Source: Prochlorococcus sp. AG-676-M04 (lineage in GTDB: Bacteria; Cyanobacteriota; Cyanobacteriia; PCC-6307; Cyanobiaceae). Taken from it: DNA of 64,000 nucleotides. The notes under the pieces are model-generated. The model ran no database searches, was not told where the DNA came from, and saw only the letters and a list, made by a program, of their open reading frames with translations. Positions within the stretch are counted from its first letter, which is position 1. Every line of letters starts with the position of its first letter. The stretch lies in assembly GCA_003210895.1 (NCBI GenBank), contig QCUB01000001.1, positions 14,163 to 78,162 of the forward strand, given 5' to 3'. A program made the position numbers and the translations under genes. Shown here in pieces: positions 20,726 to 28,939 of the stretch.

Positions 20726-21409
20726 CTACCAAGGCAAAATCTCACCATTAGTATGCCAAAATGTCCCGGTATTATTTTTATTAAGAGAGTCGATACGTTT
20801 TAATAGTCCATTTGCAGATTCTTCTGTAGATATTCCGTATTTTGTAAATCCAGTCATACGAGTACTTACTAATCCTGGATGCAAAATAGCAACATAAATT
20901 TCTTCTTTTAACAAATCTCTTGAAAGTGATTTCGCTGCCATAGATAATGCCACTTTAGACATCCTGTAACCATAGGAACTGCCTGATGAATTATCACCAA
21001 TAGATCCCATGCGACTTGTAATAAAAGCAATCTTTGAAGATTTTTTCAAGAGACTTTTCAGAGATTTCGTCATAGAAAGTGGACTTAAAGCGTTTACTAC
21101 AAATTGTCGAATGATACTTTGCTGATCCAAATCATCAATCGAATTAAATTCATAAATTCCTGCATTATTAATTAAACAATCTAATTCGACCCCTATTAAT
21201 TTTTGCCTTAAATTGTTTATTGAATCTTCTGAAGAAATGTCTACGTCTTCTTCAACTCTTACACCTAAGTTCTTTAATTCTGAAGAAGCCTTTCTACACG
21301 TTGCTATTACTTCATCTCCTCTGGAAATGATTTGTTTACATAATTCAAGTCCAATCCCTCTATTTGATCCAGTTATGAGGTAAGTAGACATATTTTTAGA
21401 CAATTTCAA
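20726..21409 (-). CDS. short-chain dehydrogenase (CsgA/C-factor-like)
   Basis: TGSNRGIG, NNAG, YRMSK, LHPGLV. Confidence 0.92.
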   Translation of the reverse strand: MKLSKNMSTYLITGSNRGIGLELCKQIISRGDEVIATCRKASSELKNLGVRVEEDVDISSEDSINNLRQKLIGVELDCLINNAGIYEFNSIDDLDQQSIIRQFVVNALSPLSMTKSLKSLLKKSSKIAFITSRMGSIGDNSSGSSYGYRMSKVALSMAAKSLSRDLLKEEIYVAILHPGLVSTRMTGFTKYGISTEESANGLLKRIDSLNKNNTGTFWHTNGEILPW

Positions 21410-21489
21410 TAATTATAATTTCCAAATCTTTAAAATAAAAAGTAAATAACTAATTCGTAAAGGTTAACAGAAAAGTTTTTAGCTATAAT

Positions 21490-21759
21490 ATGAAAATGTC
21501 AGAAAGTAAAAGTCCTTTAGATCGAATTTACAGATTAATAGCATCGCATGCATGGATGACTGAGAACGAAGCAAAAGTATTATTAGTAATGATGTATGCA
21601 TCAGGTTCAAAGTCATTAGGACTAGAAGGTAAAGGTTTAAACCAGTTTATGGAAAGGTCATTAGAAAAGATGTGTTCAGATAACAAAGAAAATTTACAAG
21701 AATATCTTTTAAAAATTAAAGATAAATTTCCCAATAATGAATTACTTGCTGAAGATTAA
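21490..21759 (+). CDS. conserved hypothetical protein
   Basis: 89-aa ORF, tandem with the next gene. Confidence 0.7.
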   Translation: MKMSESKSPLDRIYRLIASHAWMTENEAKVLLVMMYASGSKSLGLEGKGLNQFMERSLEKMCSDNKENLQEYLLKIKDKFPNNELLAED

Positions 21760-21966
21760 TTGATGCAGATTGTAAATCAAGAAATAACTCAAGAAGTTAT
21801 TAGGCTTACATGGAGAAATCCTGCTTTTATGGCTATTGCAATAGCATTGATATGGTTAATCCCACAATTAATAATTAGGAGAATTTTGTCAGATAATTAC
21901 GAGAAAAAGAAGTTAGAAAAACAAAAAGACAAAATTGAAAAGCTCTACCCAAAAACTCTAAAATAA
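21760..21966 (+). CDS. hypothetical single-TM protein
   Basis: TM segment followed by KIEKLYPK. Confidence 0.65.
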   Translation: MMQIVNQEITQEVIRLTWRNPAFMAIAIALIWLIPQLIIRRILSDNYEKKKLEKQKDKIEKLYPKTLK

Positions 21967-22022
21967 AAAAATATACGCATTAGAGTAAATTTATTAGATA
22001 GGTTTAAGAAAATTGATTTTTC

Positions 22023-22190
22023 ATGATTTATAAAATTGTAAGAATTGATGGAAAAGAGGATGATGTAACTTCACAAACTTTTTCAAATTATGCAGATGCA
22101 TATGATTTATTAGATAAAATATATGGTGATATATGCTGCTCAGATGCTGATTATGAAGATATTACTTATTACGATATTGTAGAAGATTAG
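22023..22190 (+). CDS. 55-aa acidic hypothetical protein with CC motif
   Basis: MIYKIVRIDGKEDDVTSQTFSNYADAYDLLDKIYGDICCSDADYEDITYYDIVED. Confidence 0.65.
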   Translation: MIYKIVRIDGKEDDVTSQTFSNYADAYDLLDKIYGDICCSDADYEDITYYDIVED

Positions 22191-22209
22191 AAAAAAGCTA
22201 AAAAATCAC

Positions 22210-22443
22210 ATGAAAAAAGAAGTTAAAACCTGGGTCCCTACCAATGAACAAAATATTGGAATAATTTCAAGTGTTTATGAATTTATTAAAGGAGAACTTA
22301 ATGAACTTCAAGAGGTAACAGAATGTCCTGATACTTTTATTTATGATTTCATTGGAAGAATCCAACATGAGTGGCATCCAGAATCATGCCATGCGTTGGC
22401 AAGGAATCACAAAAAGAATATTAAATATCCAAATACTTTTTAA
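22210..22443 (+). CDS. conserved hypothetical protein
   Basis: 77-aa ORF, CPDTFIYDF...EWHPESCH. Confidence 0.7.
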   Translation: MKKEVKTWVPTNEQNIGIISSVYEFIKGELNELQEVTECPDTFIYDFIGRIQHEWHPESCHALARNHKKNIKYPNTF

Positions 22444-22548
22444 ATATCTAATTAAAGTTTTAAAAATCTAATTAAAAATTAATACAATCATTTTACTCAT
22501 TGATTTTTTTTTTTTATTATTCATAAATCGAATATATTAGTTAACAAA

Positions 22549-22635
22549 ATGCTTATTCGCGTATTGGGTATAGTTTTGATTCTTGGAACTATTGCATACT
22601 ATGGATTAGTTTTAACAGGCAATGGCAGTATATAA
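22549..22635 (+). CDS. 28-aa single-TM peptide
   Basis: MLIRVLGIVLILGTIAYYGLVLTGNGSI. Confidence 0.4.
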   Translation: MLIRVLGIVLILGTIAYYGLVLTGNGSI

Positions 22636-22662
22636 ATTTCTTGTTTAGTTGGAACTCTTCAA

Positions 22663-22869
22663 ATGAAATGGCCCCCTACAAATTGTTGGACAGCACCTCA
22701 AACAATAAACGGTAATCGTCATTTTCAGGTTAAGACTTATGGAGGTAAACATGACAAGAGATGGGTAGATTTATTCCCAACAAAAAATAAAAAAAATATC
22801 GTAAGGATTCCTTGGAAAACTCTAAAATCTTATTGGACTAGCGGTTGGTTGAGGCTCCCAAAAGATTGA
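22663..22869 (+). CDS. TIGR02450-family Trp-rich protein
   Basis: WPPTNCWTA...RHFQV...W...W.SGWL. Confidence 0.8.
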   Translation: MKWPPTNCWTAPQTINGNRHFQVKTYGGKHDKRWVDLFPTKNKKNIVRIPWKTLKSYWTSGWLRLPKD

Positions 22870-23074
22870 CCGCGTAATTATTTCAAAATACTCAAAGTAA
22901 ATTTTATATGCGCTATTTCATCTATAAAATCTTCAGATAAAAAACCCAAGTTAAATAATTTTGTGAATAAAATAATTTTTTTTGTAAACAAATATTATGA
23001 ACTAAAATTTTGTAAAAAATCATACTTTAATTAAAACTCCTATCTTCTAATATTCACAAAGAAATAAATTTAAA

Positions 23075-23233
23075 ATGAATAGAGAACCGAGAAAGAAATT
23101 ACCTAATAAAAAAATTATAAAATCAGCAAAATTTGAAGCAACTGAACAATTTACTAAATCTGCATTGGAGAATCTTAAAACTGAAAATGAGAGAATAGTT
23201 AATTCATTAAAAAAGTCTGGCGAAATCGATTAG
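23075..23233 (+). CDS. 52-aa hypothetical protein (paralog of 17954)
   Basis: MNREPRKKLPNKKIIKSAKFEATEQFTKSALENLKTENERIVNSLKKSGEID. Confidence 0.6.
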   Translation: MNREPRKKLPNKKIIKSAKFEATEQFTKSALENLKTENERIVNSLKKSGEID

Positions 23234-23319
23234 TTGAATCTAAAAGTTGCCATATATAAAATAAAAAACTACAGAAAAAATAATTATTACCTATCATGAT
23301 GTTTTATTAACCTCTAATA

Positions 23320-23436
23320 ATGGAAAAAATTTCTTTAGCAAATGCACATTTACCTCAATTAATAGGTTTAGTTTTAATGTCAATAGGTTATACATTAGGT
23401 AACAAATTTTACCTACCTCAAGTAAACAAAAAATAG
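23320..23436 (+). CDS. 38-aa single-TM peptide
   Basis: MEKISLANAHLPQLIGLVLMSIGYTLGNKFYLPQVNKK. Confidence 0.5.
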   Translation: MEKISLANAHLPQLIGLVLMSIGYTLGNKFYLPQVNKK

Positions 23437-23621
23437 GTATTTAATTTTGATTTTCGAGAACAAATTAATGATTCTATCTTTAAATATATAATTCTAAATT
23501 AATATTTACTACACAGCTATGATACATTTTTGTATTAAAAAAAACTGTATTTCCATAGATAGATGGTTTATCTTTACAAAATTTAATAAATGCGTTACAA
23601 TAGTTAACAATTAATAAGTTT

Positions 23622-23756
23622 ATGTCAAAATTAAAAACCATAGAGAAAGAAAAAGTTGTAGCTGAACAACTTAACGGTAGATTCGCAATGCTCGGCTTCA
23701 TAGCTGCAGCTGGCGCTTATTTAACTACTGGTCAAATTATTCCAGGGATAATTTAA
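23622..23756 (+). CDS. hli: high-light-inducible protein (44 aa; missed by the ORF track)
   Basis: AEQLNGRFAMLGF...TGQIIPG, the HLIP chlorophyll-binding motif with the multicopy-type tail. Confidence 0.95.
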   Translation: MSKLKTIEKEKVVAEQLNGRFAMLGFIAAAGAYLTTGQIIPGII

Positions 23757-23760
23757 TCTA

Positions 23761-24015
23761 ATGGATCCGCTTACTGGTTTCATTATTGTTCTAATAGTAA
23801 TGACTTTTCAATTCACGTTATACGCTATAAAAAGGATGCAAGAGCCATTAGACCCAAATTTATCAAACTATCCAACATACAACAAAATGAGCGAATCAAA
23901 AGGAAGTTACTGGAAAAATGCGGAAATTACAAATGGAAGATTAGCAATGGTGGGATTATTGGCTCTAGTGGTGAATTATGGTTTTTTCGGTTGGATAATT
24001 CCTGGATTCATTTAA
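23761..24015 (+). CDS. hli: high-light-inducible protein
   Basis: NAEITNGRLAMVG...GWIIPGFI. Confidence 0.92.
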   Translation: MDPLTGFIIVLIVMTFQFTLYAIKRMQEPLDPNLSNYPTYNKMSESKGSYWKNAEITNGRLAMVGLLALVVNYGFFGWIIPGFI

Positions 24016-24233
24016 ATTCATTTTTAATGATTTACGATTAAAATCTTCTTTAATATAAAAAAAGTTGCTTATTAAATAAGATTTAGACGCAAAACTCTTT
24101 TTAACTTTTCTCAAAAATCTACACCGCTTCCATAAGTAGTAACTTTCATTAAATAGTTTTTAGATGAAATAGACAAGCATGAATAATTACTCAAGAGCTT
24201 TTCTTATCTTAATTATCAAAATAAATTCTTACA

Positions 24234-24635
24234 TTATTCCTCAAATTCATCTTCATAGCTTTTCATATCCTCATATAGCGTATTGAAAGACTTTTCTATT
24301 AGATCCTTACCTTTCCTAGTAAGTTTCAAAAGTGTTCTTCTTTTATCTTTTGGATCTTGTTCTTTAGTAATTAAAGCCAAACCAGGCTTGCCAAGCCTGT
24401 GATACCTACTTATATAATCGGTCATCCTGGAAGCACTTGCTTTACTCATCTCGAAGTATTCTTCAATATCCTTTTTACTACATTTTTGATAGGTTGCCAC
24501 GTACCAAAATACTGCTATCGCCTGTAGTGGAACTTCCTGAGTATTATCAAGCTTCATAAACAAAGTGAGGACTCGTAAAAAGTTATAGTTTTCGTTATCT
24601 ATTTTAAGTAATCCTTCTAGTTTTGCCTGTGTCAT
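24234..24635 (-). CDS. MarR-family winged-helix regulator, phage/MGE-like
   Basis: HTH (SKKDIEEYFEMSKASASR) and wing DPKDKRRTLLKLTRKG. Confidence 0.85.
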   Translation of the reverse strand: MTQAKLEGLLKIDNENYNFLRVLTLFMKLDNTQEVPLQAIAVFWYVATYQKCSKKDIEEYFEMSKASASRMTDYISRYHRLGKPGLALITKEQDPKDKRRTLLKLTRKGKDLIEKSFNTLYEDMKSYEDEFEE

Positions 24636-24700
24636 TCCTAGTCTTTTTTCTTTACCAATGACTAATATCCTAGCATTATATAGAATGAAAATTGACTATA

Positions 24701-24716
24701 GATCCATTCATGGATC
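24701..24716. promoter_or_regulatory. palindromic operator candidate upstream of the MarR gene
   Basis: GATCCAT-TC-ATGGATC; minus-strand TATAAT at 24675-24680. Confidence 0.5.
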
Positions 24717-25108
24717 ATTTATGGATATCAATAATAGAAAATCTCTATAATAAAAAGCAATTAAAGAAATTTAAAATTATAGTTCAAGAATTAGACGTGT
24801 AAAAATATATTTAAATCCTTATCTATTAGAACCTTGAAAATGAAATAGTACAATCTTATTTGCTGCAAAATCGACATCTACTAATGAAGCTCCATAGTGT
24901 GATTCAAAAGATTTAATTAGCAACCAATAAAAAAAATTAATTATGACTTTATACATTAAAATTCTTATTTTATTTATATTACATAACAAGTGAATAAAAA
25001 ATAGTTATCAACATAACAAAAAATTCTTAATCATTAAATTATTAAAATTTTTTATTTAGAGCTATCAGTTTCTTAAGACATAACTTAACTTATTAGCAAT
25101 CTCCAAAT

Positions 25109-25143
25109 GGGTATGCATTTGATACTGCATGTTGGTCCTGCAC
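25109..25143 (+). repeat. tandem GGTCCTGCA-like direct repeats
   Basis: GGGTATGCAT 25109, GATACTGCAT 25121, GGTCCTGCAC 25134. Confidence 0.55.
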
Positions 25144-25433
25144 ACTTTTCTAGTATCCATCAAAGAAAAAGATAGAACCGATTATTAATAACAGTTTCGA
25201 CTCCAAATTTATTGAGGTCAAAATTCGGTAGTTCAATAAAGATAAAATTCGTTATTTAAATTCCTCTTTGGCTTGATTTTTAATTTCCCTTCTCCAATAG
25301 TCCACATATATAAGATTTCTTTTTGAATAATCTAATGCGTTCAAATTCTTTTCAAGTATCGCAAAAAGAAAACTAGGAAATTTTATAGTATCTATAAAAA
25401 TGGTCATTAAATAACTAATAGATATGAGATCTT

Positions 25434-25535
25434 TTATCTCAAGTAACAAGATCCTCTATAAGTAAGCTTTATTGTTTTCTCTTCTTGGCTCTTGCAATAT
25501 ACAAATGATTTGCCGTTAAAATACATGTTTACCAT
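25434..25535 (-). CDS. DUF4278-family 33-aa peptide
   Basis: MVNMYFNGKSFVYCKSQEKKTIKLTYRGSCYLR; AGGAG RBS; LTYRG motif. Confidence 0.8.
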   Translation of the reverse strand: MVNMYFNGKSFVYCKSQEEKTIKLTYRGSCYLR

Positions 25536-25552
25536 GATGCAGCTCCTTGGCT

Positions 25553-25616
25553 TGCTCAAGTCCCCGTCCTTTGGCTTGAGTCGTACTGCGGTCTATCTAA
25601 AGGTAGATCGGACGAT
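25553..25616 (-). ncRNA. glutamine riboswitch (Downstream-peptide motif)
   Basis: CGTCC...hairpin...CTCAAGCC-AAA-GGACG-GGGA-CTTGAG; same architecture as the element at 53786. Confidence 0.85.
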
Positions 25617-25619
25617 TTA

Positions 25620-25633
25620 GTAGCATTGACTAC
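25620..25633. promoter_or_regulatory. NtcA box
   Basis: GTA-GCATTGAC-TAC just 5' of the riboswitch. Confidence 0.7.
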
Positions 25634-25892
25634 TTTTTTTATAAAGTATTTATACTTAGTTGTCAACCCTTAGTGGTAAAAATACACTCACAATAAGCCA
25701 AACAATTTTGAGACTAATATCATAATGAGAGCCCTAATATTATGAAATGGTTGTCATGAGGAAGTTGCAGAGATATAAATGAAGCTAACCATAAATCATG
25801 AGAGATTAATTCAAGAGATAGAGCACATTAGTTAAAAATAAATAGATGAATGAATATAGATCTATAGTAAATGGTACAAAGTCCTATTTATA

Positions 25893-25997
25893 ATGGAGCT
25901 TCTTCGACAAATATTTCCGCCTTGGCATATTGCTTTAGATATGTTTTTACTTGGAGTTGGAATCCTTATTTTCTACAAAATTAAAAAAGCTAATTAA
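25893..25997 (+). CDS. 34-aa single-TM peptide
   Basis: MELLRQIFPPWHIALDMFLLGVGILIFYKIKKAN. Confidence 0.5.
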   Translation: MELLRQIFPPWHIALDMFLLGVGILIFYKIKKAN

Positions 25998-26014
25998 CTG
26001 AATAATGTTTTATT

Positions 26015-26256
26015 TCAAGCAGCATCAGGCGTAAATATCTCAGTACATTTTTTCAAAATCTACAACCTTTCCTTTCCTTTGGTAATAATCTCTAGGAATA
26101 AATCTTTGATGAAATTTACAGGCCAGATAAATTACACAAGAATCTGTCGTGCTGTAGCTGAAGTGACTGCATGACAAGCAAACTTTTGTCCACTTTGGTT
26201 TTAGTTCTGAGTGGAAATCGAAAAAAGCCCATAACTCTGGATCTTCCATTAGTCAT
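26015..26256 (-). pseudogene. degenerate Cys/His-rich small protein gene
   Basis: KVCLSCSHF...LACKFHQRFIP in one frame; KGCRF and TEIFTPDAA* in other frames. Confidence 0.5.
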
Positions 26257-26382
26257 ATACTTATTCTTCATCGAGTTTAATTACTACACCCTTAAAAAAT
26301 TCTGCTAATAGTTTTGACGGGTCCTGAACAGATACTTTTTTATATTCTTTAAATAGTTTCTTTTTAATTGGATTTGAGTTAG

Positions 26383-26682
26383 TCATACTGTTTCTTGAAA
26401 TTGGTTTGTAACTTCAGTCCATCCTCCAGCTATTAATTCATTCCATGTTTCAATGGCAGATTCAAGATCATGAAGTCTTGTGTTTTTAAGGCCTCCAGGT
26501 TCTCCAAGTTCGTTTGAATAGAAAAGATGAGTATAAACTTTAATGTTTTTTCGCGCAGATTTCTTGCATCTTTCGAACAATATCAGAAAACTACCTTGTG
26601 GATTAAGTATCCAGCCATTTGGGGCGTCAATAAGACTGCCATAAGAAAAATTAGACCAAACATTAGCTCCTCCTAGAGTCAT
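26383..26682 (-). CDS. DUF1651-family protein
   Basis: GWILNP...F...LKNTR...AIETWNELIAGGW. Confidence 0.8.
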   Translation of the reverse strand: MTLGGANVWSNFSYGSLIDAPNGWILNPQGSFLILFERCKKSARKNIKVYTHLFYSNELGEPGGLKNTRLHDLESAIETWNELIAGGWTEVTNQFQETV

Positions 26683-26691
26683 TTAACAAAT

Positions 26692-26705
26692 AATACATTT
26701 GTACT
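26692..26705. promoter_or_regulatory. LexA (SOS) box
   Basis: AGTACAAATGTATT on the minus strand, about 10 bp upstream of the DUF1651 ATG; cyanobacterial consensus AGTACWNWTGTACT. Confidence 0.7.
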
Positions 26706-27056
26706 ATTATTTATAGCAAATTTCTTTTTTCGATGTCAAGTCCAATTCTTTGATTTAAATAAGAAAGATATGAATTTCAATCAATTTATTGTATCTAGGG
26801 GGTTTTAATAAGTGCAACTTATAAATAAGAGACAAAATATTGTATCCGGCTTATATGATTTACTCCGATAAACCACACTCATCAAAAGTCAATATCCTAT
26901 TGAAAGGCTGTTTAACATTGAAAGGAAAAAGTCACTTTTAAACTATTATTGTCGAGAAAAAAAAGAAATACAAACTTTAAACAGTCGACTCTGAAGGAGA
27001 CTTTTTGTTGAGATTATTGGTAAATTATCAAAAGCAACTAGACAATTAATTCTCTG

Positions 27057-27596
27057 ATGGATATTCATAGAAAGACATTACTAAATCTTATAAAAGAAAG
27101 AGCATACAAGAGAGGTAAATTTACCTTATCTTCTGGTAAAGAATCAGAGCATTACATTAACTGTAAACCTGTTAGTTTATCCTGTGAGGGAAACGCACTT
27201 ATATCCCATTTGATGTTTGCACATATAGAAGATAAATCTGCAGCAGTTGGTGGACTTACACTTGGTGCTGATCCTTTAGTTTGTGGTATCGCACAGAAAG
27301 CGTACTACTCAAATAAACATATTGATGCTTTGATCGTAAGAAAGAATCCGAAAGGATATGGAACAAAAGAAGTTATTGAAGGTAACAAGCCACCTAAAGG
27401 ATCTATCGTTACAGTATTAGAAGATGTAACTACAACAGGTAGTAGTGCAATCAAAGCAGTAAATGTTTTGCGTGATGCAGGTTACATTGTGAATCGTGTT
27501 GTTGCAATCGTTGATAGAATAGAGGATCACATTGTATGGGAAAATAACAAGATAGAATTTATTTCTCTATACAAATTAGAGGATATTATTGAATGA
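27057..27596 (+). CDS. pyrE: orotate phosphoribosyltransferase (island copy)
   Basis: FTLSSGKES.HY, VRK.PKGYG, VLEDVTTTGSS PRPP loop. Confidence 0.93.
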   Translation: MDIHRKTLLNLIKERAYKRGKFTLSSGKESEHYINCKPVSLSCEGNALISHLMFAHIEDKSAAVGGLTLGADPLVCGIAQKAYYSNKHIDALIVRKNPKGYGTKEVIEGNKPPKGSIVTVLEDVTTTGSSAIKAVNVLRDAGYIVNRVVAIVDRIEDHIVWENNKIEFISLYKLEDIIE

Positions 27597-27735
27597 ACTG
27601 TTGGCAATTTACACCTCTAATAATTATTGACAGTCGATCCTGATTAAAGGAGTAAATTTTTATCTTAATAAGGATATTTTGTTACATCAATAAAGTTTGA
27701 ATTAATTTAGGATTTTACATATTTATCATTTATGA

Positions 27736-27930
27736 GTGAATATGAATAAGCACAATAATAATGCATTATCAATCTGTAAATCTACATTAGATTCTATGAT
27801 TTATAGACAAAAGGTACTTGGGAAAAAAGATAATTTAAAAAACAAATTAGCATTAATAGAGGAGTATAGAGAATGGATAACTGACGGTATTTTTGAAAGT
27901 AATGCCCTTTATCTAATTGATAAAAGATAA
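27736..27930 (+). CDS. hypothetical protein
   Basis: 64-aa ORF, ALIEEYREWI. Confidence 0.55.
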   Translation: MNMNKHNNNALSICKSTLDSMIYRQKVLGKKDNLKNKLALIEEYREWITDGIFESNALYLIDKR

Positions 27931-27949
27931 TTAATATTGATTAATTTTT

Positions 27950-28576
27950 GTGATAGAAGCTTTATCTGGAAACTGGGGTATCCTATTAATTTTACTTTTA
28001 AGACTTGTAAGTATTGTTATACCAATCTTACCTGGAACTTATTGCTTATTGATTTCTGGGTATCTTTTTGGATTAGTAAATGGATTATTAATAAGCTTTA
28101 TTGCCGATTTATTAGCATGCTCGATTAGTTTTTCATTATCTAAAAGATTTGGAAGGAAAATACTTAAAAGAGTTATGTCCAAAAAATATTTAAATAAATT
28201 TGAAAATTTATCAAAAAAATATCTTGAGAAAAACTTTTTTCTTTTAACTGGTTTTTTAATGACTGGTTGGTTTGATTTTGTAAGTTATGGAGTAGGACTT
28301 ACTAAATTAAGGTGGAGAAAGTTTCTATTAGCTTTAATTGTTAGTGTGTTACTTTCTGATTTGCCATTTGTAGCCACTGGAAACGGCTTTAGAAAATTAC
28401 AAAATCAAAATTTCAATATAAAAAAAATACTTGATGGAAATGTACCCTCTTTGCAAAAAGAATATTTGATTATATTTATAGTCAGCGTAATATTGATCTT
28501 CAGTATTGGTATTATCGGAGCATTTATTGACAGAAAATATATGAAATCTTTTCCAGAAGCTGAAAATGATGCTTAG
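27950..28576 (+). CDS. TVP38/TMEM64 (DedA/VTT) membrane protein
   Basis: PILPG...SGYLFG...F.LSKRFGR...FDFVSYGVGLT. Confidence 0.85.
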   Translation: MIEALSGNWGILLILLLRLVSIVIPILPGTYCLLISGYLFGLVNGLLISFIADLLACSISFSLSKRFGRKILKRVMSKKYLNKFENLSKKYLEKNFFLLTGFLMTGWFDFVSYGVGLTKLRWRKFLLALIVSVLLSDLPFVATGNGFRKLQNQNFNIKKILDGNVPSLQKEYLIIFIVSVILIFSIGIIGAFIDRKYMKSFPEAENDA

Positions 28577-28622
28577 AGTTGGAACTCTTCTTCACATGGA
28601 CTTATAACGACAATATTAAATT

Positions 28623-28700
28623 TCAAGTTTTTTCAATTGGAGCCATAGTTAAACCTTTACCGACCAGTTGCTCATGATATAACTCTGCCTGTTCAAAGTT
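28623..28700 (-). pseudogene. clpS: 3'-terminal fragment of clpS
   Basis: Translates as NFEQAELYHEQLVGKGLTMAPIEKT*, the cyanobacterial ClpS C-terminus; no upstream part. Confidence 0.7.
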
Positions 28701-28850
28701 TCTAAGAGGGTAAATTGGTCCTGCATATATTTACTTTTTCTTAAAGGAAAACCCACTAAACACATAAATTTATCATTTGATTATTTAAAATTTCTATTTT
28801 TTCGATCTGTTGCCTTAGTTATAACTTTATTTGTTAGTAATTACTAACAT

Positions 28851-28873
28851 GGTCCTGCAGTCTGGTCCTGCAC
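28851..28873 (+). repeat. tandem GGTCCTGCA direct repeats (13-bp period)
   Basis: GGTCCTGCAG-TCT-GGTCCTGCAC; one further copy near 28718. Confidence 0.7.
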
Positions 28874-28939
28874 TCCAAATTTATAAAAATAAAATACCTG
28901 CCAAAAGCTTGTTATAGCAAGCTATTTGATAGGTATCAC

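Noticed and set aside
23480-23701. 73-aa minus-strand ORF
   Set aside because: Antisense to the real hli gene at 23622
25252-25449. 65-aa minus-strand ORF
   Set aside because: TTG start inside the DUF4278 gene; looks like decayed sequence
25561-25569. TCCCCGTC shared with the ssrS 3' end as a possible att duplication
   Set aside because: Only 8 nt and explained by the conserved riboswitch GACGGGGA sequence
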